Origin: an uncultured Candidatus Saccharibacteria bacterium
GTDB lineage: Bacteria > Patescibacteriota > Saccharimonadia > Saccharimonadales > UBA4665
Reading direction: 5' to 3'
Assembly: GCA_964508535.1 (NCBI GenBank)
Contig: CAZDTZ010000001.1
Coordinates: forward strand, 25,786-89,785
Length of the DNA: 64,000 bases
A program made the position numbers and the translations under genes. Below, one piece after another: positions 56,425 to 64,000 of the stretch. The notes below the pieces were generated by a model. It did not search any database and was not told where the DNA came from. It was given only the letters and a program-made list of their open reading frames with translations. Each line of letters opens with the position of its first letter. Within the stretch, counting starts at the first letter, position 1.

Positions 56425-56967
56425 ATGTTCGCATATCTCGGTCTTATTCTTGTTGGCATAACATGGCTCGCAGGGGCCTTTATGCTCACTAAGTGGCGCG
56501 GTGAAAATCGGCCGACTATTAGCCGGCACGCATCCAGCACCAAAGGCGCGTATTGGTTATTCCTGGCCTTGCTGGTTGGCGGAGGCTCGGTTTTTTATGT
56601 GTGGCTTGTGGATTGGTTTGCACCCCATTTGCAGCTCGGCACTGTATTTAAATCGGTGCTGACATTGGTCATACTTTGCCAAATCGTAACTGCCGTGGTG
56701 CCGGATATTGGCGAAAGGCGGAAACTCGTGCACCACCTGGCGGCTTCTATAATGTGCGTGTTGTACATACCGTTGGCCACCCTAATACTCACCTCTTCAC
56801 GTTTATCACTATTGGCCCGCATCGTTGTTGTTGTGGCCGCCGCTTACATGGTTGTGGCATTGGTATGGGTGGTGATACTCAACAGGAATAGAGACCGGTT
56901 TCTGCTTTTCCAAACGCTGTATGTGATGATTTTCCAGTCGGCCATACTTACGGCAGCGTATTTGTAG
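56425..56967 (+). CDS. Membrane protein (about 5 TM helices), unknown function
   Basis: 180-aa hydrophobic ORF. Confidence 0.55.
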   Translation: MFAYLGLILVGITWLAGAFMLTKWRGENRPTISRHASSTKGAYWLFLALLVGGGSVFYVWLVDWFAPHLQLGTVFKSVLTLVILCQIVTAVVPDIGERRKLVHHLAASIMCVLYIPLATLILTSSRLSLLARIVVVVAAAYMVVALVWVVILNRNRDRFLLFQTLYVMIFQSAILTAAYL

Positions 56968-56999
56968 CTGCCCTGCCTGCTGGCTTTTCGCCTCACTAT

Positions 57000-57326
57000 G
57001 TGAGTTTAGACGTGAATGTCTACGAGCCTCACGACACATTTCCAACGCATATCGACAGAGGAATGGCGAACGATGTAGCGGCCATAACGCTACGGGGCCC
57101 TGGCGCAACTTTTATGCATGTCAAAAGGAGCGCAAACCTAGGCGGGATGCCTGAAGGCGACCAAATACTCCACCAATGGGAGCGAGTGCCGGGCGACGCC
57201 GTATTCATTCGCAACCATCCAGACGCGCGCGATGACATGTATCGGCTTCCACCACACGCTGTCGAGAATGGTGACGAGCAGCGAGTATCTCTCCAGGTTC
57301 AAGTCTCTTACGACTACCCACATTAG
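57000..57326 (+). CDS. Minimal 2OG-Fe(II) oxygenase-like protein
   Basis: 108 aa, GTG start. HxD (THID), a distal His 68 aa later (PPHAV), and RxS 9 aa after it (RVS). Confidence 0.45.
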   Translation: MSLDVNVYEPHDTFPTHIDRGMANDVAAITLRGPGATFMHVKRSANLGGMPEGDQILHQWERVPGDAVFIRNHPDARDDMYRLPPHAVENGDEQRVSLQVQVSYDYPH

Positions 57327-57448
57327 AAAGAAGCGCACGTGAGCCAGCAATAGGACAAGACATGCTGGCCCCGAATTGCTATATATGCTGGATGGCGCGA
57401 GGCTAACTCAGTTGCTCAGTCATTCCGGCATTGCTATTATGCTTATGC

Positions 57449-59074
57449 ATGAAAATAAATTCCAAAACAAGCCCCAAGAAGTTACTCAACACGAGTAAAG
57501 TGGTGCAGCCCTTCAAGCGAAAGGCCTACCCAGAGCTTTGTGCGCACGAATTATTAACACGGCAGGCTAAAAAGACCCCTGACGCCATCGCCATTATTGA
57601 TGGCGGCAAGACCATGACGTTTCGCGAGCTGGACGCCAAAACTGACCGGTTAGCCGCGGCGCTACAACAAGAAGGAGTCGGTCCCGAAGTTGTCGTCGGG
57701 TGTTATCTTTCGCGGTCTTCGGCAGTTGTACTCTGCATGCTTTCTATCTTGAAAGCCGGCGGCGCTTATTTGCTATTGGACTCGCAACTTCCTGCTATGC
57801 GTCTGGCATTTATGATCTCCGATGCAGCACCCCGTTTGATACTGGCCGATATCCCTTTTCCAGATGATATAGAGCGTCCGGGAGTCCCAATACATGATCC
57901 ACAAACATTGCGACAACGCATTAAGGGTGTCGTGTCACCACTGCGGAAAGAAGTAAAACCGGATAATGCTGCCTATGTTGCCTACACTTCTGGTTCGACG
58001 GGGCAGCCCAAAGGGGTTATTATCACTCATCGCTCCACGGTGAACCACACCTGTTCAGTTAAAGAGATATTTAAGCTCGTACCTTCTGATCGCGTACCGC
58101 TCATGGCACCGATAGCGTTTGACGTGGTTACGGAGGAGGTTGTGCCGCCGCTGCTGATTGGTGCAACGCTTATTGTTTCCAAGGCCAGCCACACCGACAT
58201 GGCCGAATTTACCAACGAAATAGTCGCCGAACGCTACACCATCCTGAATATCCCAACGCCGATGTGGCATACCTGGGTTGAGTATTTGGCGACCAATCAC
58301 ATTGCAATTCCACCTTCGCTACGGCTCGTGCTGGCGGCAAGCGAAAAGATTTTGACGAAGGTCTTTATGGTATGGAAGCAACTTGAGAACGCCGAGAAGG
58401 TGCGATGGGTGGCGGCATATGGAACCACCGAAACAACGGTTACGTCTACTTTTTATCTTACGGCGTGGGATGACGACCTCAGCAATGAGCCAAATATGCC
58501 GGTTGGTTTACCGATTTCCAATACAGCACTCTATATTCTTGATGAAAAACGTCAGCCAGTGCCCGATTTTGCCGTCGGGGAAATATATATTGCTGGCGAT
58601 GGGGTGGCGCGCGGCTACCTAAATTTGCCAGACAAAACCAAGGCGGTGTTTTTGCCTGATCCATTTTCGGCTGAACCCGGAGCACGAATGTACAAGACTG
58701 GCGATCAAGGTCGGCTGTTGCCAAGTGGTGTTTTTGCCTGTTTAGGTCGTAAGGATTACCAAGTGAAGGTCAATGGTTTGCGCATAGAATTGGGCGAAGT
58801 GGAGACGATACTATCGCATTGTCCAGGTGTACGAGAGAGCGTCGTTGTGGTTCGGCAACTAGACGATTTCGAAGAAAGTAGGCAGCTGGTTGCATTTTAT
58901 ACTACCAATGCAAGGAAAAAGGTAACGCCCGCTGAGCTCAAGGTTTTTGCGTCCTCTCGTTTGCACCCGCAAATGGTTCCCAGCGAATTTTGCTGTTTGC
59001 CTGAATTCCCTCTAACCGTTAACGAAAAAGTCGACCGAAAAATGTTAGAAAGCCAAGCCAATGCCGGAAACTGA
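57449..59074 (+). CDS. Stand-alone adenylation enzyme (NRPS A-domain-like, no carrier domain)
   Basis: A3 YVAYTSGSTGQPKGV, A4 FDVVTEE, A7 YGTTE, A8 YKTGDQGR..GRKDYQVKVNGLRIELGEVE, A10 NEKVDRK. No Ser-phosphopantetheine motif. Confidence 0.85.
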   Translation: MKINSKTSPKKLLNTSKVVQPFKRKAYPELCAHELLTRQAKKTPDAIAIIDGGKTMTFRELDAKTDRLAAALQQEGVGPEVVVGCYLSRSSAVVLCMLSILKAGGAYLLLDSQLPAMRLAFMISDAAPRLILADIPFPDDIERPGVPIHDPQTLRQRIKGVVSPLRKEVKPDNAAYVAYTSGSTGQPKGVIITHRSTVNHTCSVKEIFKLVPSDRVPLMAPIAFDVVTEEVVPPLLIGATLIVSKASHTDMAEFTNEIVAERYTILNIPTPMWHTWVEYLATNHIAIPPSLRLVLAASEKILTKVFMVWKQLENAEKVRWVAAYGTTETTVTSTFYLTAWDDDLSNEPNMPVGLPISNTALYILDEKRQPVPDFAVGEIYIAGDGVARGYLNLPDKTKAVFLPDPFSAEPGARMYKTGDQGRLLPSGVFACLGRKDYQVKVNGLRIELGEVETILSHCPGVRESVVVVRQLDDFEESRQLVAFYTTNARKKVTPAELKVFASSRLHPQMVPSEFCCLPEFPLTVNEKVDRKMLESQANAGN

Positions 59075-60584
59075 GAGTACCTTGCCAATAACGTTCGTCC
59101 ACACGCCCATGCCCGTGGTTGCCGTGCCTCAGGCCAGGAATTTTTGGGAGGCTTTTGACAGGCAATATTATCCTGCTCACCCTGGTCTGCACCCCCTCGA
59201 AGGAAATATTATGTGGGAGCTTCCATATTGGGCTCACGAACTCGGCGGCGTACTCGACCAAGCAGGTCTTCCAAATACCGGGATGCTCAATTTGTACGGT
59301 AACGCTGCTACGCTCACCGGCAACAATAGTATTGATCCCGACCACGTGCGGAGAGAGCTGAAAAAACAAGGCGAGGCCGCAGCATATTTATTTTCTCCAA
59401 TGACGGCCAACTATCGACTGGCTTTGTCGATCGCTGATGTCATTAAAGACGAGTTTCCAGATAGCAAAACTATTTTTGGCGGCGTTATGGCTACGCCTCT
59501 ACACGAACAGACTGCTCGTCATCAAAGCGTCGATTATGTAGTACGTCACGCCGGCGAAGTAGCACTTCCTAAGCTCCTCAGGGCAATCGAACGGGGCGGA
59601 AAAGACATCGAGGACATCGGTAATCTTACGTATGTAGACGAAAACGGAGAGTTGCGGGTTAGTCCCAAGCTTTACCCTGAAATACCACCGGACAGATTGC
59701 CTATGCCCAAAATTGACCTTTTCGACCCTGAAGTTGGCAGTGGTCTACGATATTTGCGCGTCGTGCACGGCTTGGGCTGTGTTTCGAAATGTTCATTTTG
59801 CACTATCCGCACTATTGGGCGTCTCCCCTCATTTTTCCCCGACAAACGCGTGATAGACGAGATTGATGCTTTCCGCAACCGTTACAGCGCGCCACTTGTT
59901 GAGGCAGGCTACCCTCCACACAACATTTATTTTGGCGACGAAACGTTTACGGAAGATACCGACCAAACAGTTGCCCTTTTGCAAGAACTCGAAAGACGAG
60001 GCGGCTACGGCTTTGATGCCCAGACGAGGCTAGACCGTTTACAAGATCCCAAAATTGTTGAGGCGCTTGCTAAGAGCGGCTGTCGTTGGCTGGAGATCGG
60101 CCTAGAAACAGTGTTACTGGATTCACGCAATAGGCATAAACGCGGTCGGCGACTAAAAGAGGACCCCCAGACCAAAACGCTCAAGGCCTTACGAGATGCT
60201 GGCATTGCAACGTGTGCCTTCACCATAACGGGCATGTCAGGCCAAACAGTGAACGACATGCGTGCGAACGTAGAGGGAGTTGCTCAGTTAATAGACGACG
60301 ATCTATTAAACGCAACTTACTCTGCAGTATTTGTCCCCTACCCCGGGAGTGAGTTATACGACCACCCCCAGCGTTTCGGTATGGATATTCTTCACGAAGA
60401 TTATAGTAAATACCATGAGGATCTACCGCCTGTTTTCACGACAGAGCAAGCTCCTGATCCCGATGCGGTTCACCAGGTGTATCTGGACGGGCTTGGCACT
60501 TTGGCACAGGCCATGACGCGGTCAAAGCATGCCGCGAAAGGCCGTGGCCCATACGGTGGTAGCTGGGATCAAGGCCATTCATAA
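59061..60584 (+). CDS. Radical SAM enzyme with N-terminal B12-binding-like domain
   Basis: CVSKCSFC (CxxxCxxC) cluster preceded by a Rossmann-like region. 14-nt overlap with the adenylation gene. Confidence 0.85.
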   Translation: MPETESTLPITFVHTPMPVVAVPQARNFWEAFDRQYYPAHPGLHPLEGNIMWELPYWAHELGGVLDQAGLPNTGMLNLYGNAATLTGNNSIDPDHVRRELKKQGEAAAYLFSPMTANYRLALSIADVIKDEFPDSKTIFGGVMATPLHEQTARHQSVDYVVRHAGEVALPKLLRAIERGGKDIEDIGNLTYVDENGELRVSPKLYPEIPPDRLPMPKIDLFDPEVGSGLRYLRVVHGLGCVSKCSFCTIRTIGRLPSFFPDKRVIDEIDAFRNRYSAPLVEAGYPPHNIYFGDETFTEDTDQTVALLQELERRGGYGFDAQTRLDRLQDPKIVEALAKSGCRWLEIGLETVLLDSRNRHKRGRRLKEDPQTKTLKALRDAGIATCAFTITGMSGQTVNDMRANVEGVAQLIDDDLLNATYSAVFVPYPGSELYDHPQRFGMDILHEDYSKYHEDLPPVFTTEQAPDPDAVHQVYLDGLGTLAQAMTRSKHAAKGRGPYGGSWDQGHS

Positions 60585-60616
60585 AGCAAAGTGTTTTCTA
60601 TCGGTGATACATGAGG

Positions 60617-61501
60617 CTAAAGCAACATCACGACGACACCAATAACTGTTGCGCTCGCACCAAACAGAGCCGTTCGGCTGAGGTCTTCCTTGAAGTGTTT
60701 AAGCGCTAAGCAGATAGTAACAATAGGGTATGTAGCGCTTAGGGCCACGACCAATGATCCTGCTGCTCGGTCATGCATAAAGCCGACATTTAACAGTAAG
60801 GTGGCAGTAAGTTGCACCAAACCAGCGCCGAGGATGTACGGATTTCGTAACGATACAACCATTTGCTTCAGATTAGCCTGCTCGGTGTGGCGATTTAGCC
60901 AGAGCGCTGCCAAGCTGGTTAGGGACAAAACGATCAATTCTACGAGTAAGACAGGCCGCCAGCCTGCATGTGCCACGGCGTAATCGATGAACGGATAGCC
61001 TACGCCCCACGCCAAAGATGCCAAAAGGGCAAATAGTGGGCCACGACCTATGTGGCGGCCGGGCTTCCAGGCCGAAAATAGCCCTGTGGCGGTCATTACT
61101 CCGCAGACCACCATGATAATTCCGGCTAGCTGACGCTCGGAGAGGGACGCGTGAAAAAAAGCCAACCCAATACTGACTGTCACAAGTGGATAGGCCGACC
61201 CCAGCGGGCTAGCTAGGCTGACGGGGCCGATAGCAAAAGCTTTGTATAAGAAAACAAGACCAAGCCCTACCAACGCTGACCCGCCGATAGCGGCCATGGC
61301 GACCATGCCTGGTAGTTGCGGCACAGTATGTACCGCCAGAATATACCACACACCAAAACCGGCTAAACCCAGAACCTGTACGCAGCAGGCTGCAGTAATT
61401 GGACCCAGTTTTTTCGAGCCAGCAGCGCCCAAAAAGTCAGCAAACCCATAAGCGATAGCTGCGCCTAGGCCTAGCAATATAGCAACGGATTGTTCACTCA
61501 T
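60617..61501 (-). CDS. EamA/DMT-family transporter
   Basis: 294 aa; 10 TM helices in two EamA repeats. Confidence 0.85.
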   Translation of the reverse strand: MSEQSVAILLGLGAAIAYGFADFLGAAGSKKLGPITAACCVQVLGLAGFGVWYILAVHTVPQLPGMVAMAAIGGSALVGLGLVFLYKAFAIGPVSLASPLGSAYPLVTVSIGLAFFHASLSERQLAGIIMVVCGVMTATGLFSAWKPGRHIGRGPLFALLASLAWGVGYPFIDYAVAHAGWRPVLLVELIVLSLTSLAALWLNRHTEQANLKQMVVSLRNPYILGAGLVQLTATLLLNVGFMHDRAAGSLVVALSATYPIVTICLALKHFKEDLSRTALFGASATVIGVVVMLL

Positions 61502-61655
61502 TACTATCCTTTAGACAGAACAGATGTCTGACTATTTTAGCCAGCCTTATCATGCGTACAGTATAGCAAACCCCGCATGCTGGGGCGACCGATTTGATCA
61601 GGCCTTTGGCCGAGCCCGTTACGAGTTCGTATTTGAAGTGCTATACTTTTAAGTA

Positions 61656-62594
61656 ATGCTTAAGCTTGAATTGCGATTGCGATTTACAGTTCTCATTTTA
61701 CTGCTCTGGGGAGTGTATTGCGGAGTTACATTATTAACACCCCATAATCCTGCTGTTGAGAAGTATCATCTTTCTGCTGTAGCACTCAATTTTTTGTTGA
61801 TAAGCGTCACCCTTCCCTATCTTACTTGTTGGCTATTCGGTGTGTACGGTTGGCTGCATCTGCGCGACTTTACACATGAGCAACCGCGTGGTGCCGAACG
61901 TGATGGTTTTACGAAGATTACATTCGGCCTGCTTGCCTTGCTTGCTGATTTGACGGTCCCAACGTTGGTTAGGGCGGTATACACCTACATTGGCCATGAT
62001 CCTAGGAGTGCGAGCTGGAATATATTTAGTAATTACATGGGGATATTCTTCCCGCTACTTGCTTTTCTGTTGATGTTTTTAGGCTCATTGCAGATTGTCT
62101 CCCCTATAACGCCAAAGATTACCCGACTCGCAAAGGCTACGACGGTGTTTTTCCCGGTTTCGTTGTTCAGCGTCTTCTATTTGTTTATGATTTTTGCCAA
62201 CCATGCCCGTCAAACCTCAATGGATCCAGCGGTAGCGCCAACCTACTTTTTACCGGACAGTATGATTATCGCTACGATTATCCTACCTGTTATTGCGACA
62301 TGGTTTTTTGGTCTGCTGTTAGTGCTTAACTTAGAGCACTACTCTCATTATTCTAAAACGATCAACCGGCCAGGTTTAGTCAGTTTTTATAACGGGATAA
62401 TCATTATCGTGGCTGTCACGATTCTTACCCAGGTGATCGCCTCGCTTGGCAGTAGCCGGCTCGCCAATCTAAATCTTGGGGCTGTCCTCACCATAATCTA
62501 CGTATTCCTTGCTCTCCTTACACTTGGTTTTGGACTGATTGCACACGGGGCTAAAAAACTGCGACCGCCGACGTCAAAATTCGAAGCAGGATAG
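61656..62594 (+). CDS. Polytopic membrane protein, unknown function
   Basis: 312 aa with about 8 TM helices, 10 nt upstream of the histidine kinase gene. Confidence 0.55.
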   Translation: MLKLELRLRFTVLILLLWGVYCGVTLLTPHNPAVEKYHLSAVALNFLLISVTLPYLTCWLFGVYGWLHLRDFTHEQPRGAERDGFTKITFGLLALLADLTVPTLVRAVYTYIGHDPRSASWNIFSNYMGIFFPLLAFLLMFLGSLQIVSPITPKITRLAKATTVFFPVSLFSVFYLFMIFANHARQTSMDPAVAPTYFLPDSMIIATIILPVIATWFFGLLLVLNLEHYSHYSKTINRPGLVSFYNGIIIIVAVTILTQVIASLGSSRLANLNLGAVLTIIYVFLALLTLGFGLIAHGAKKLRPPTSKFEAG

Positions 62595-62604
62595 GCGCTC
62601 GTAT

Positions 62605-64000
62605 ATGTCGATTGTTCAGAAGATCATAGCGTGGTTTTTGGGACTAACTCTAGTGCCAACTCTACTGATTGGTGGCATCCTCTACTTCGGGTTTCAACAC
62701 TACATCGTGGACCAATCAGTAGCCAAGTTAGAGTACCAGGCGGGCGTCCAGCAACAAAGGGTAGAAGACATCGTTAGCCAGAACAAGACACAGTTGGAAG
62801 GCTTTACGAGTCGAGTGCTCTTGCCTACGACGCTTGATCGCTACAATCACTCTCACCAGTCCGAAGACCTAGCTCTTTTAGCTTCAACGATCAGCACCTC
62901 GAAAGCGCAGACGCCGAAGTATAAGGAGATTTCGATACTAAGTCTTGAGGGCAAGGTTGTTGCCTCGACTCTGCAATCCGCCACTGGCCAGGATTATTCA
63001 ACGAAGAATTACTTTGAGGAAGCAAGAACAAAGAATAATTCCACAGACTATCTATTTACTGATACCGAAGGGCGGCTCCACATTAACCTTGTAGGTCCGA
63101 TAATGTACCACAATAACCGTATCGGTATTATTGTTATTGACGCCGGCGCAGAAGATCTCCAATCTATAGTGACCGACTACTCTGGGCTGGGAAGCACAGG
63201 AGAAACGATCTTGGCCAGGCGTGAGGCCAATGGCGACGCTCTGTATATTGCGCCTCTAAGGTTTGACAACGCGGCGATGCTTAAGCAAAGGGTCGACCGT
63301 CGAGAAACGAGCCAGCCAATCATCCAGGCAATAAATGGGCACACTCTCACGATTCCTGACGCAACAAGCTACCGAGACGAGCCAGTTATCGCAATTACAC
63401 TGCCAATTAAGGGAGCGAATTGGGGAATAGTTGTTGAAACCGCGCACGCCGAGATATACCAACCGCTGTATACTCTGCGCGATACGTTCCTGCTGCTCAC
63501 GTTTGTTGTATTGGTGTTTGGTGTGTTTGTCGCACTATTTGCCGCTCGTCTTATTACCGACCCGCTCATCACTATGTCCATCGCTGCCGACGCCCTGAGT
63601 AAGGGCGATCTCAGTCAAAGAGTTCATCAGATCAGCGTCGATAATGGCGATAATGAGTTCGGCGTTCTCGCGCATACCTTTAATGTTATGGCGAGCAATC
63701 TAGAGAGGCTCGACAAGATGAAAACTGAGTTTATTCTTCTGACCTCGCATCAACTGCGTACGCCTGCCAGTGCCGTAAAGGGTTTTCTGTCCTTGCTGAT
63801 AGATGGCTACGCCAAGCCATTAAGTGGCAAACAAAAGGATTTGTTAGTATCGGCCTACGAAGAGAACGAGCAGCAACTCCGTCTTATCAATCAGATTTTG
63901 TCTATATCCCAGGCCGAAAGTCAGCAGATCAAATTAGCTAAGACTGAGGTTGATCTCGTTAAACTGACTCAGAAAATTGTTGGCGAACTACACGCTCTCG
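62605..64000 (+). CDS. Sensor histidine kinase (TM - Cache-like - TM - HAMP - HisKA ...), partial, runs off right edge
   Basis: My own translation from the ATG at 62605: MSIVQKIIAWFLGL.. ; HAMP ..EFGVLAHTFNVMASNL; H-box LLTSHQLRTPASAV. Absent from the ORF track because there is no stop in the window. Confidence 0.85.
   Translation, partial: MSIVQKIIAWFLGLTLVPTLLIGGILYFGFQHYIVDQSVAKLEYQAGVQQQRVEDIVSQNKTQLEGFTSRVLLPTTLDRYNHSHQSEDLALLASTISTSKAQTPKYKEISILSLEGKVVASTLQSATGQDYSTKNYFEEARTKNNSTDYLFTDTEGRLHINLVGPIMYHNNRIGIIVIDAGAEDLQSIVTDYSGLGSTGETILARREANGDALYIAPLRFDNAAMLKQRVDRRETSQPIIQAINGHTLTIPDATSYRDEPVIAITLPIKGANWGIVVETAHAEIYQPLYTLRDTFLLLTFVVLVFGVFVALFAARLITDPLITMSIAADALSKGDLSQRVHQISVDNGDNEFGVLAHTFNVMASNLERLDKMKTEFILLTSHQLRTPASAVKGFLSLLIDGYAKPLSGKQKDLLVSAYEENEQQLRLINQILSISQAESQQIKLAKTEVDLVKLTQKIVGELHAL

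Noticed and set aside
1-64000. Alternative genetic code (UGA recoding, as in some candidate phyla), CRISPR arrays, IS elements, prophage/integrase
   Set aside because: Long conserved genes (cyoB, nrdA, pilB, cheA) are uninterrupted under the standard code. No spacer-repeat periodicity, transposase, integrase or phage structural gene was seen.

Overview
This is a densely coded bacterial chromosomal segment of roughly 50% GC. ORFs are intact under the standard genetic code. I recognised no rRNA, tRNA, CRISPR array, transposase or integrase. Blocks from left to right: (1) A cytochrome bo3-type quinol oxidase operon cyoABCD on the minus strand, with a vapBC module and a divergent heme O synthase cyoE. 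(2) A MacB/FtsX-type ABC pair, an RRM RNA-binding protein, a Crp/Fnr regulator, riboflavin kinase and synthase, a run of small redox/hydrolase genes, and a type-2 IPP isomerase. (3) A membrane-anchored ClpA/B-like AAA+ protein with a small membrane partner. (4) A type IV pilus locus (pilA, three minor pilins, pilMNO, then pilC and pilB) that is split by mntH and a class I ribonucleotide reductase operon. (5) A three-gene module (polytopic membrane protein, VirB4/HerA-like P-loop ATPase, Cys-rich protein) that is translationally coupled to a chemosensory operon mcp-cheW-cheY-cheB-cheA-cheC-cheD-RR. (6) A secreted S8/S53 peptidase, several orphan proteins, a triple YbjQ-domain protein and a Doc-type TA module. 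(7) A compact cluster of a mini 2OG-oxygenase, a stand-alone adenylation enzyme and a B12-type radical SAM enzyme, with an adjacent EamA transporter. (8) A Cache-HAMP histidine kinase that runs off the right edge. The gene content is reminiscent of Saccharibacteria/Patescibacteria or another reduced monoderm: no secretin in the pilus locus, a kinase-only RibF, a bo3 oxidase and many small membrane proteins. That placement is inference only. The strongest leads are: the cobalamin riboswitch in front of nrdA; a class Ic-type NrdB next to mntH; a strong-SD 69-aa ORF between nrdA and nrdB ending in CxxC while NrdA lacks its usual C-terminal Cys pair; the che-coupled membrane/ATPase/Cys-rich module; the adenylation/radical-SAM cluster; the membrane-anchored Clp-like ATPase; and a 31-bp perfect inverted repeat.
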